Part shown: in pieces, positions 1 to 14,709 of the stretch
Numbering within the stretch: the stretch's first letter is position 1
How the letters are laid out: the number at the start of each line of letters is the position of its first letter
NCBI RefSeq assembly: GCF_009914755.1
Contig: NC_060935.1
Reading direction: 5' to 3' (one strand)
Source: the human T2T-CHM13v2.0 reference genome, Homo sapiens
DNA length: 64,000 nt
The notes under the pieces: model-generated
Seen by the model: only the letters and a program-made list of their open reading frames with translations
The model's database searches: none
Told to the model about the DNA's origin: nothing
Program-made: the position numbers and the translations under genes

Positions 1-2377
1 CCAGCAACACATCAAAAAGCTTATCTACCCTGATCAAGTGGTCTTCATCCCTGGGATGCACGGCTGATTCAACATATGCAAATCAATAAATGTAATCCAG
101 CAAAGACAAAAACCACATGATTATCTCAGTAGATGCAGAAAAGGCCTTTCACAAAATTCAACAACCTTCATGCTAAAAACTCAATAAATTGGGTATTCAT
201 GGGATGTCTCTCAAAATAATAAGAGCTGTCTATGACAAACACACAGCCAATGTCATACTGAATGGGCAAAAACTGGAAGCATTCCTTTTGAAAACTGGCA
301 AAAGACAGGGATGAACTCTCTCACCACTCCTATTCAACATAGGGTTGGAAGTTCTGGCAAGGGCAATTAGGCAGCAGAAGGAAATAAATGTTTTTCAATT
401 AGGAAAAGAGGAAGTCAAGTTGTCCCTCTTTGCAGATGACATGATTGTAGGTCTAGAAAACCCCATTATCTCAGCCCAAAATCTCCTTAAGCTGATAAGC
501 AACTTCAGCAAAGTCTCAGGATACAAAATCAATGTGCAAAAATCAGAAGCATTCCTATACACCAATAACAGACAAACAGAGAGCCAAATCATGAGTGAAT
601 TCCCATTCACAATTGCTTCAAAGACAATAAAATACCTAGGAATACAACTTACAAGGGATGTGAAGGACTTCTTCAAGGAGAAATACAAACCACTACTCAA
701 AGAAATAAAAGAGGATACAAACAAATGGAAGAACATTCCATGCTCATGGGTAGGAAGAATCATTATCATGAAAATGGCCATACTGCCCAAGGTAATTTAT
801 AGATTCAATGCCAACCACATCAAGCTACCAATGAGTTTCTTCACAGAATTGGAAAAGCCTGCTCTAAAATTCATATGGAACCAAAAAAGAGCTCACATCG
901 CCAAGTCAATCCTAAGCCAAAAGAACAAAGCCGGAGGCATCACGATACCTGACTTCACACTATACTACAAGGCTACAGTAACCAAAACAGCTTGGTACTG
1001 GTACCAAAACAAAGATATAGACCAATGGAACAGAATGGAGCCCTCAGAAATAATACTGCATATCTACAACTATCTGATCTTTGACAAACCTGAGAAAAAC
1101 AAGCAATGGGGAAAGGATTCCCTATTTAGTAAATGGTGCTGGGAAAACTGGCTAGCCATATCTAGAAAGCTGAAACTGGATTCCTTCCTTACACCTTGTA
1201 CAAAAATTAATTCAAGATGGATAAAAGGCTTACATGTTAGACCTAAAACCATTAAAACCCTAGATGAAAACCTAGGCAATACCATTCAGTACGTAGGAAT
1301 GGGGAAGGACTTCATGTCTAAAACACCAAAAGCAATGGCAACAAAAGCCAAAATTAACAAAAGGGATCTAATTAAACTAAAGAGCTTCTGCACAGCCAAA
1401 TAGACTACCATCAGTGTGAATAGACAACCTACAAAATGGGAGAACATTTCTGCAATCTACTCATCTGACAGAAGGCTAATATCCAGAATCTACAATGAAC
1501 TCAAACAAATTTACAAGAAAAAAAACAAACAACCCCATCAAGAATTGGGTGAAAGATATGAACAGACACTTCTCAAAAGAAGACATTTATGCAGCCAAAA
1601 GACACATGAAAAAATGGTCATCATCTCTGGCCATCAGAGAAATGGAAATCAAAACCACAAGGGGATAACATCTCATACCAGTTGGAATGGAGATCATTAA
1701 AAAGTCAGGAAACAATAGGTGCTGGAGAGGATGTGGAGAAATAGGAACACTTTTACACTGTTGGTGGGACTGTAAACTAGTTCAACCATTGAGGAAGTCA
1801 GTGTTGCGATTCCTCAGGGATCTAGAGCTAGAAATACCATTTGACCCAGGCATCCCATTACTGGGTATATACCCAAAGTATTATAAATCATGTTACTATA
1901 AAGACACATGCACATGTATGTTTATTGTGGCACTATTCACAATAGCAGAGACTTGGAACCAACCCAAATGTCCAACAATGATAGACTTTATTAAGAAAAT
2001 GTGGCACATATACACAATGGAATACTATGTAGCCATAAAAAGTGATGAGTTCATGTCCTTTGTAGGGACATGGATGAAGCTGGAAACCATCATTCTTAGC
2101 AAACTCTTGCAAGGAGAAAAAACCAAACACTGCATGTTCTCACTCATTGGTGGGAAGTGGACAATGAGAACACTTGGACAAAGGAAGGGGAACATCACAT
2201 ACTGTGGCCTCTTGTGGTATAGGGGGAATGGGGGAGGGATAGCATTACGAGATATGCCTAATGTAAATGACGAGTTAATGGGTGCAGCACATCAACAAGC
2301 CACATGTATACATATGTAACAAACCTTCAAGTTGTGCACATATACCCTAAAACTTAAAGTATAATAATAATAAAAAG
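1..2377 (+). mobile_element. LINE-1 (L1PA4/5-like) 3' part: ORF2 RT/C-terminal region, 3'UTR, short A-tail; continues left of the window
   Basis: ORF 345-1403 has LFADDMIV and the L1 RT C-terminal region; 1687-2319 has [19 protein letters not shown]. The 3'UTR ends CCCTAAAACTTAAAGTATAATAATAATAAAAA. AATGTAAATGACGAGTTAATGGG suggests an older L1PA (subfamily tentative). Confidence 0.97.
345..2162 (+). pseudogene. Disrupted L1 ORF2p remnant (RT and C-terminal domain)
   Basis: ORF fragments 345-1403, 1416-1700 and 1687-2319 are separated by a stop and frameshifts. The normal ORF2 stop (GGGAATTGA) is mutated to GGGAAGTGG, so the last fragment reads into the 3'UTR. Confidence 0.92.
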
Positions 2378-5300
2378 AAAAACTAAAAGAAGCTATCTGA
2401 AAAACGCTGTGTGATGCATGCATTCACCTCGCAGAGTTAAAACTCTCTTTTCATTCAGCAGTCTGTAAACATTGTTTTGGCAAAATCCGTGTGTCGATGT
2501 TTTGGAGTGCATTGACTCCTATGGTGAAAAAGGAAATATCTTCTGATAAAAACTAGAAGAAATCTTTCTGAGAAACTTCTTTGTGGTGTGTACATTCATC
2601 TCACAGGGTTAAAACTTTCTTTGGATTCAGGAGTTTGGAAACACTGTTGCAGAATCTGCGAAGGGATATTTCAGTGCTCATTGAGGCCAATGATGAAAAC
2701 ACGAATATCCCAGAATAAAAACCAGAAGGAACCTATTTGAGAAACTACTTGGTTATGTGTGCATTCATCCTACAGAATTAAACTTCTCTTTTCATTCAGC
2801 AGTATGGAAACACTTTTTTCATAGAATCTGTGATGGGATATCTGGGAGCCCATTGAGGCCTATGGCAAAAGAGGAAATCTCTTCAGATAAAAACTAGAAA
2901 GAAGCTTTCTGAGAAACTGCTTTGTGTTGCTTGCTTTCACCTTATAGTGTTAAACCTTTCTGTGGATTTGCAAACACTATTTTTGTCCATTCTGGGAATG
3001 GACATTTGTGAGCAAATTGAGGCCAATCGAGAAAAAATGAGTATCACAGGATAGATAGAAACTAGAAGGAAGCTATCTGAGAAACTGCTTTGTGATGTGT
3101 GCATTCACCTCCCAGAGAGAAACTTTTCTTTACATTCAGCAGTCTGGAAACAATATTTTGACAAGAATACATGAAGGGATATTTTGGAACGCATTTAGGC
3201 CTATAGGGTAAAAGGAAATATCTTCAGATAAAAACTAGAAAGAAGCTTTCTGAAAAACTGCTTTGTGATGTGCGCATTCATCTCACAGAGTTAAACCTTT
3301 CTGTGGCATCAGCCATTTGCAAACACTATTTTTGTCCATTCTACAAATGGACATTTGGGAGCACATTGAGGCTGATGGTGAGAAAGAAAATACCACAGGA
3401 TAAAAACTAAAAAGAACCTATCTGAAAAACCACTTAGTGATGTATGCACTCACCTTACAGAGTTAAAACTTTCTTTTCATTCATGTCACAGAGTCAAACC
3501 TTTCTTTGGGTTTAGCAGTTTGGAAACACTGTTGTTTTATAATCTGCAAAAGGATATTTGGGAGCTCATTAAGGTGAATGGTGAAAAAGTCAACATCCCA
3601 TGAAAAAACTACAAGGAAGCAATCTGAAAATCTGCACCATGATGTATGCATTCATCTCACAGAGTTAAAACTTTCTTTTCATTCAGCAGTCTGGAAACAC
3701 TCTTTTGGCAGAATCTGCAAAGGGATATTTGGGAGCACATCGAGGCCTGTGGTGAAAAAGGAAACATCTTGTGATAAAAACTAGAAAGAAGCTTTCTGAG
3801 AAACTGCTTTGTGATGTGTGCATTCATCTCACAGAGTTAAACCTTTCATTAGATTCAGCAGTTTGTAAACACTGTAGTTGTAGAATCTGCGAAGGGATGT
3901 GTGGGAGATCATTGATGCCATAGTGAAAAAGACAACATCCCAGTATAACAACTAGAAGGAATCAACCTAAGAAACCACTTTGGGATGTGTGCATTCACCT
4001 CACAGAGATAAACTTTTCTTTTCATGCAGTAGTCTGGGAACACTGTTTTGACAGAATCTGCAAAGGGATATTTGGGAGTACATTGAGGCCAAGAGTGAAA
4101 AAGGAAATATCTTCAGATAAAAATTAGAAAGAAGCTTTCTGAGAAACTGCTCTGTGATGTGTGCATTCATCTCACAGAGTTAAACCTTTCTTTTCATTCA
4201 GCAGTTTGGAAACACTGTTGTTGTAGAGTCTGTGAAGGGATATTTGGAAGCTTAATGAGGCCAAAGTGGAAAAACAGAATATCCCAGGATAAAAACAAGA
4301 AGGAAGTTATCTGAGAAACCGCTTTTTGATGTGTGTATTCATCTCTCAGAGGTAAAACATCCTTTCCATTCAACACTTTGGAAACACTGTTTTTGTAGAA
4401 TCTGTGAAGTTATATTTGGGAATGCATAGAGGCCTATGGTGAAAAAGGAAATATCTTCAGATAAAAACTAAAAAGAAGATTTCTGATAAAATGCTTTTTT
4501 ATGTGTGCATTTATCTTACAGAGTTAAACCTTTCTATGAATTCAGCAAATTGCAAACACTGTTTTTGTCCATTCTGTGAATGGACATATGGGAACTCATT
4601 GAGGCCAATGGTGAAAAAGTGAATATCCCAGGATAAAATGTTGAAGTCAGCTACCTGAGAAACCGCTTTGTGATTTTTGCATTCACCTTCCCTAGGTAAA
4701 CTTTTATTTTCATTCAGCAGTCTGGATACACCGTTTTGGCAGAATCCATGAAGGGTTGTTTGAGAGTGCATTGAGGCCTATGGTGAAAAAGGAAATATAT
4801 TCAGATAAAAACTAGAAAGAAGTTTTCTGAGAAACTGCTTTGTGATGTGTGCATTCGTCTCAAAGAGTTAAACCTTTCTGTGGATTCAGCAGTTTGGAAA
4901 CATTGTTGTTGCAGACCCTGTGAAGGGATATTTGTGAGCTTAATGATGCCAAAGGCTAGAAAGCAAATATCTGAGGAAGAAAACTAGAAGGAAGATATCT
5001 GAGAAACTGCTTTGTGAAGTGTGCATTTATCTCACAGAGTTAAAAATTTCTTTTCATACAGCAGTCTGGAAACACTGTTTTGACAGAATCTGCAAAAGGA
5101 TATTTGGGAGCACATTGAGCCTATGGTGAAAAAAGAAATATCTTCACATAAAAACTAGAAAGAAGCTTTCTAAGAAACTGATTTGCGATGTGTGCATTCA
5201 TCTCACAAAGTTAAACATTTCTTTGGATTCAGCAGTTTGGAAACACTGTTCTAGAATCTTTGAAGGGATATTTTGAAGCTCATTGAGGCTGAAGGTGAAA

Positions 5301-8300
5301 AAGCGAATAGCCCCAGGGAAAAACTAGAAGGAAGCTATCTGAGAAACTGCTTTATGATGTGTGCATTAATCTCACAGAGTTAAAATCTTTCTTTTCATTC
5401 AGCAGTTTGGAAACACGGTTTTCATAGAATCTGTGAAGGGATATCTGGGAGCACATTGAGTCCTATGGTGAAAAAGGAGATATCTTCAGATAAAACCAGA
5501 AAGAAGCATTCTGAAAAACTGCCTTGTGATGTGTGCATTCATCTCACAGAGTTAAACCTTTCTGTGGATTCAGTAGTGTGCAAACGCTGTTTTTGCCCAC
5601 TCTGTGATTGGACGTTAGTCAGCGCAATGAAGCCTATGGCCAAAAAGCGAATATCCCAGTATATAAAAAAGAAACATGCTATCTGAGGAACTGTTTTGTG
5701 ATGTGTGCATCACCTCGCAGAGAAAACCTTTCTTTTCATTCAGCAGTTTGGAATCACTGTTACATATAATCTGTGAATGGATATCTGGGAGCGCATTGTG
5801 GTCTACTGTGAAAAAAAAAACCTTCAGGTAAAAACTAGAAAGAAGTTTTCTGAAAGACTGCTTTGTGATGTGTGCATTCATCTCACAGATTGATACCTTC
5901 TGTGGATTCAGCAGTTTGCAAACACTGTTTTTGTCCATTCTGCCAATGGACATTTGGGAGCCCTTTGTGGCCAATGGAAAAAAAGTGAATATCCCAGGAT
6001 AAAAACTAGAAGGAAGCTATATGAGAAATCGCTTTGTGATGTGGGCATTCACCTGGCAGAGATAAATATTTCCTTTCATTCAGCAGTATGGAAACACTGT
6101 TTTGGCAGAATCAGCTAAGGGATATTTGGGAGCACAAAGAGGTCAGTTGTGAAAAAGGGAATATCTTCACATAAAAATTACAAAGAAGCTTTCTGAGAAA
6201 CTGCTTTGTGATGTGTGAATTCATCACACAGAGTTCAATATTTCTGTGGATTCAGCAGTTTGCAAATATTGTTTTGATCCATTCTGTGAATAGACATTTG
6301 GGAGCTCATTGAGGCCAATGGCAAAAAAACCAAATATTCCAGGATAAAAACTAATAAAAACTACCTGAGACACCGCTTCATGAATGGAGCATTCACCTCA
6401 CAGAGTTAAAACTTTCTTTTCATGCAGCAGTCTGGAAACACTGCTTTGGCAGAATCCACAAAGGGATATTTGGGAGCACATTGAGTCTTAAGGTGAAAAA
6501 GTAAATATCATCAGATAAAAGCTGGAAACTAGCTTTCTGAGAAACTGCTTTGTGATATGTGCATTCATCTCACAGAGTTAAGCCTTTCTTTGGATTCAGC
6601 ATTTTGGAAACACTGTTGTTGTAGAATCTGCAATGCGATATCTGGGATCTTAATGATGCCAATGGCGAAAAAGCAAATATCCCAGGAAAAAAAAGTAGAA
6701 ACTGCTTTGTGATGTGTGCATTCACATCTCAGAGTTAGACCTTGCTTTTATTTAGCAGTTTGGAAACACTGTTTTCATAGAATCTGTAAAGTTATACCTG
6801 GGAGCACATTGAGGTCCATGGTGAAAAATGAAATATCATTAGATAAATCAAGAAAGAAGCTTTGTGAGAAGCTGATTTGTCATATGAGCATTCACCTCAC
6901 AGAGTTAAGCTTTTCTGTGGATTCAGCCATTTGCTAACACTGTTTTTCTCCATTCTGTGAAAGGATATTTGGGAGTTCATAGAGGCCAATGGTGAAAAAA
7001 CAAATATCCCAGAATAAAAACTAGAAGGAAGCTACCTGAGAAACTGCTTTGTGATGTGCACATTCATGTCACAGAGTTAAAACTTTGTTTTCATTCAATA
7101 GTTTGGAAAAACTGTTTTTGTAAAATATAGTAAGTGATATCTGGGAATGCATAGAAGACTATGGTGAAAAAGGAAATACCTTCAGATAAAAACTAGAAAG
7201 AAGCTTTCTGAGAAACTGCTTTGTGATGTGTGCATTCATCTCACAGAGTTAAACTTTCTGTGGATTCAGCAGTTTGGAAACACTGTTGTTGAAGAATCTG
7301 CGAAGGGATATATTGGAGCTTAATGAGGCCAATGGCAAAAAAGCAAATATCCCAGGAAAAAAACTAGCTGGAAGCTATCTGAGACACTGCTTTGTGATGT
7401 GTGCATTCACCTCACAGAGTTAAAACTTTATTTTCATTCAGCAGCTTGGAAACACTGTTTTTGTAGAATCTGCAAAGTGATATCTTGGAGCGCATGGAGG
7501 TCTAAGATGAGAAAGGAAATATCTTCAGATAAAAACTAGAAAGAAGCTTTATGAGAAATTGCTTTGTGATGAGTGAATTCTTCTCAGAGTGTTTAAACTT
7601 TCTGTGGATTCAGTAGTTTGCAAACACTATTTTTGTCCATTCTGCAAATGGACATTTGGAAACTCATTAAGGCCAATGGTGAAACTGCAAATATCCTCGG
7701 ATAAAAACTAGAGTGGAGCTATCTGAGAAACTGCTTTCTGAAGTGTGCTTTCACCTAGGAGAGTTAAAACTTTCCTTTAATACAGCATTCTGGAAACACT
7801 GTTTTGGCAGAATCTGTGAAGGGATATTTTGGAGGGCATTGAGGCTTATGATGAAAAAGGAAATATCTTCAGAAAAAAACTAGAAAGAAACTTTCTGAGA
7901 AACTGCTTTGTGATGTGTGCATTCAACTTACAGAGTTAAACCTTTCTTTGGATTGATCTGTTTGATAACACTGTTCTTGTAGAATCTGGGAAGAAATATT
8001 TGGGAACTTAATGAGGCAAAAGGTGAGAAAGTGAATATCCCATGACAAAAACCAGAGAGAAGCTTAATGAGAAACTTGCTTGGGATGTGTGCATTCATCT
8101 CAGAGAGTAAGACCTTTCTTTGGATTCAGCAGTTTGGAAACACTGTTTTAACCATTCTGGAACTGGATATTTGTGGGCTCATTGAGGCCAATGGTAAAAA
8201 AACAAATATCCCAGGATAAAAACAAGAAGGAACAATCTGAGAAACAGTTTTGTTATGTGTGCATCCATCTAGCAGAGTTAAACATTTCTTTTCGTTCAGC

Positions 8301-11300
8301 AGTTTGGAAACACTGTCTTTGTAGAATCTGCAAAGAGATATTTGGTTGTGCATTGAGGCCTATGGTGAAAAAAGAAATATCTTCAGAAAAAAATTAGAAA
8401 GAAGCTTTCTGAGAAACTGCTTTGTGATGTGTGCATTCATCTCACAGACTTAAACGTTTTTTTGATTCAGCAGTTTGGTAACACTGTTTTGTAGAATACA
8501 AAAAGGGATATTTTAGAGCTCATTGAGGCCAAAGGCAAAAAAGTGAATATTCCAGGATAAAAACCAGAAGGAAGCTATCTGAGAAACAGTCTTGTTACGT
8601 GTGCATCCATCTCACAGAGTTAAACGTTTCTTTTAATTCAGCAGTTTGGAAACACACCTTAGTACAATCTGTGAAGGGGTATGTGGGGGTGCATTGAGGC
8701 CTATGGTCAAAAAGGAAATATCTTCAGATAAAAACCAGAAAGAATCTTTCTGAGAAACTGCTTGGTGATGTGTGCTTTCATGACACAGATTTAAACCTTT
8801 GTTTGGATTCAGCATTTTGGAAACATTTGGACTTTTTGCAGCTCATTGATGACAATGGTGAAAAAGTGATTATCCCAGGATAAAAACTTGAAGGAAGCTA
8901 TCTGAGTAACTGCTCTGTGATGTGTGCATTCATCTCACAGAGTTAAACCTTCCTTTTAATTCAGCAGTTTGAAAACACTGTTTTCATAGAAACTGCAAAG
9001 GGATATTGAGGGGGTGCATTGAGGCCTATGGTGAAAAAGAAAATATCTTCAGTTAAAAAGTAGAAAGAAGCATTCTGAGAAACTGCTTTGAGATGTGTGC
9101 CTTCATCTCACAGACTCAAATGTTTCTTTGGATTCAGGACTATGGAAGCACTGTTTTTGTCAAATCTGTGAAGAGGTAGTTGGGAGCGCATTGAGGCCAA
9201 AGGTGAAAAAGTGAATACCCTGGGATAAAAACTAGAAGGAAGCTATCTGAGAAACCACTGGGTTATGTGTGCATTCATCCTGAAGAGTTAAACCTTTCTT
9301 TTTATTCAGCAGTTAGGAAACACTGTTTTTTAGAGTCTGCAAAGGGACATTTGGGAGCTCATTGAGGCCAAATGCAAAAAAGGGAACAGCCTGGGATAAA
9401 AACTAGAAGGAAGCTATATGTGAAACCACTTAGTTATGTGTGCATTCATCTCACAGTTAAACCTTTCTTTTCATTCAGTAGTTTGGAAACACTGTTTTGG
9501 TGGAATCTGCGATGGGATATTTTGGAGTGCATTGAGGCCTACGGTGAAAAAGGATCTATCTTTAGATGAAAACTAGAAAAAAGCATTCAGAGAAACTTCT
9601 TTGTAATGTGTGCATTCATCTCACAGAGTTAAACCTTTCTTTTGAGTCATCATTTTGGAAACAGTGTTTTTGTCCCTTTCACAGAATGGACAATTGGGAG
9701 ACCATTGAAACCAATGGTGAAAAAGTGAACATCACAGGATAAAAAGTAGAAGAAAGATATCTGACAAACCACTTTGGGATGTGTGCATTCATCTCTCAGA
9801 GTTAACTTGTTTTTCATTCAGCAGTTTGGAAACACTGTTTTTGTAGAATCTGTGAAGGGATATTTGGGAGCTCATTGGAGCCAAAGGTGGAAAAGCAGAT
9901 ATCCCACGATAAAAACTAGAATAAGCTATCTGAGAATATTCTTTGTGATGTGTGCATTCATCTGACAGAGTTAAACGTTTCTTTTCATTCAGTAGTTTGA
10001 AACATATTTTGGTAGAATCTGCAAAAGGATATATGGGGGTGCATTGAGGCCTATGGTGAAAAAGAAATATCTTCATATAAATACTAGAAAGAAGCATTCT
10101 GAGAAATTGCTTTGTGATGTGTGCCTTCATCTGACAGAGTTAAACGTTTCTTTTCATTCAGTAGTTTGAAACATATTTTGGTAGAATCTGCAAAAGGATA
10201 TATGGGGGTGCATTGAGGCCTATGGTGAAAAAGAAATATCTTCATATAAATACTAGAAAGAAGCATTCTGACAAATTGCTTTGTGATGTGTGCTTTCATG
10301 TCACAGAGTTAAACATGTCTTTGGATACGGCATTTGGGAAACACTGTTTCTGTCCATTCTACCAATGGACATTTGGCAGCTCATTGAGGCCAATGGTGAA
10401 AAAGTGAATATCTCAGGATAAAAACTTGAAAGAACCTCTCTGAGTAACTGCATTGTGATGTGTGCATTCATCTCACAGAGTTAAACCTTCCTTTTCATTC
10501 AGCAGTTTTGAAACACTGTTTTTGTAGAATCTGCAAAGGGATATTGGGGCACGCATTCATGCCTATGTTGAAAAAGAAAGTATTTTCAGTAAAAAACTAG
10601 AAAGAATCTTTCTGAGAAACTGCTTTGTGATGTGTACATTCAGCACACAGAGTTAAACATTTCTTTGGATTCAGCAGTATGGAAACACTATTTTTGTAGA
10701 ATTTGTAAAGGGGTATTTAGGAGCTCATTGAGGCCAAAGGCAAAAAAGCAAATATCCCAGGATACAAACCAGAAGGAAACTATCTGAGAAACCACTTGGT
10801 TATATGTGCATTCACTTCACAGAGTTAAACTTTCTTTTAATTCAGCAGTTTGGAAACACTGTTTTGTAAAATCTGCAAAGGGGTATTCGGGAGACCATTG
10901 AGGCCTATGGTGAAAAATGAAATATGTTCAGATAGAAACTAGAAAGAAGCTTTCTGAGAAACTGCTTTGAGATGAGTGCATTCATCACACAGAGTTAAAC
11001 CTTTCTTTCTTTGGATTCAGCAGTTTAGAGACAATGTTTTTGTCCATTCTGTCAATGGACATTTGGGAGCACATTGAGGCCAATGGCAAAAAAGCAAATA
11101 TCCTTGGATAAAAACTAGAAGGAAACTATCTGAGATCGCTTTGTTATGTGTGCATTCATCTCACAGAGTTAAACCTTTATTTTCATTCAGCAGTTTGGAA
11201 ACATTGTATTTTAAAATCTGTGAATGGATATATGGGAATGCTTTGAGTCCTATAGTGAAAAAGGAACTATCTTCAGATGCAAACTAGAAAGAAGGTTTCT

Positions 11301-11825
11301 GAGAAACAGCTTTGTTGTGTGTGTATTCCACTCACAGAGTTAAAACCTTCTTTGTATTCACCAGTTTGGAAACACTGTTTTTGTAGAATCTGCGAAGGGA
11401 TATTTGGCAGGTCATTGAGGCCAAAGGCAAAAAAGTGAATATTCTAGCATAAAAACAGAAGGAAAGTATCTGAGAAACCTCTCTGAGATGTGTGTCTTGA
11501 TCTCCAAAAGTTAAAATTTTCTTAACATTCAGCAGTTTGGAAATGCCGTTTTGTAGGATCTGCAAGGTTATATTTCATTGTGCATTGTGGAGTATGGTGA
11601 AAAAGAAATATCCTCAGATAAAAACTACAAAGAAGCTTTCTGACAAACTGCTTTTGAAAGGTGCATTCATCTCACAGAGATATATACATTACTTTTGATT
11701 CTGCAGTTTGGAAACACTGTTTTTGTTCTTTCTGCAAATGGACATTTGGGAGCTCATTGAGGACGATGGCAAAAATGCGAATATCCCAGGGTAAAAACTA
11801 GAAGGGAGTTATCTGAAATACCACT
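2378..11825 (+). repeat. Alpha satellite, old divergent dimeric layer (H1H2/SF8-like, tentative), + orientation
   Basis: ~171-bp monomers mostly alternate between GAGGCCTATGGTGAAAAAGGAAATATCTTCAGATAAAAACTAGAAAGAAGCTTTCTGAG and GAGGCCAATGGYGAAAAAGYGAATATCCCAGGATAAAAACTAGAAGGAAGCTATCTGAG. No CENP-B box seen. Confidence 0.95.
9941..10293 (+). repeat. Near-perfect 169-bp tandem monomer duplication
   Basis: TCTGACAGAGTTAAACG starts at 9961 and 10130; the copies are almost identical, and the ORF track gives near-identical peptides for 9789-10130 and 10084-10299. Confidence 0.95.
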
Positions 11826-11996
11826 TTTTCACCTTTGGCCTGAATGAGCTCCCAAATGTCCATTCGCAGAATGGACAAAAACAGTGTTTCCCAACTGACG
11901 AAGCAAAAGAAATGTTTATCTCTATGAGATGAATGCACACATCACAAAGCAGTTTCTCAGAAAGATTTTTTCTACTTTTTATCTGACAATATTTCC
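11826..11996 (-). repeat. Alpha satellite dimeric layer, one inverted monomer
   Basis: Sequence switches to the reverse-complement monomer (TTTTCACCTTTGGCC...GAATGCACACATCACAAAGCAGTTTCTCAG). Confidence 0.93.
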
Positions 11997-14709
<2,713 letters not shown>

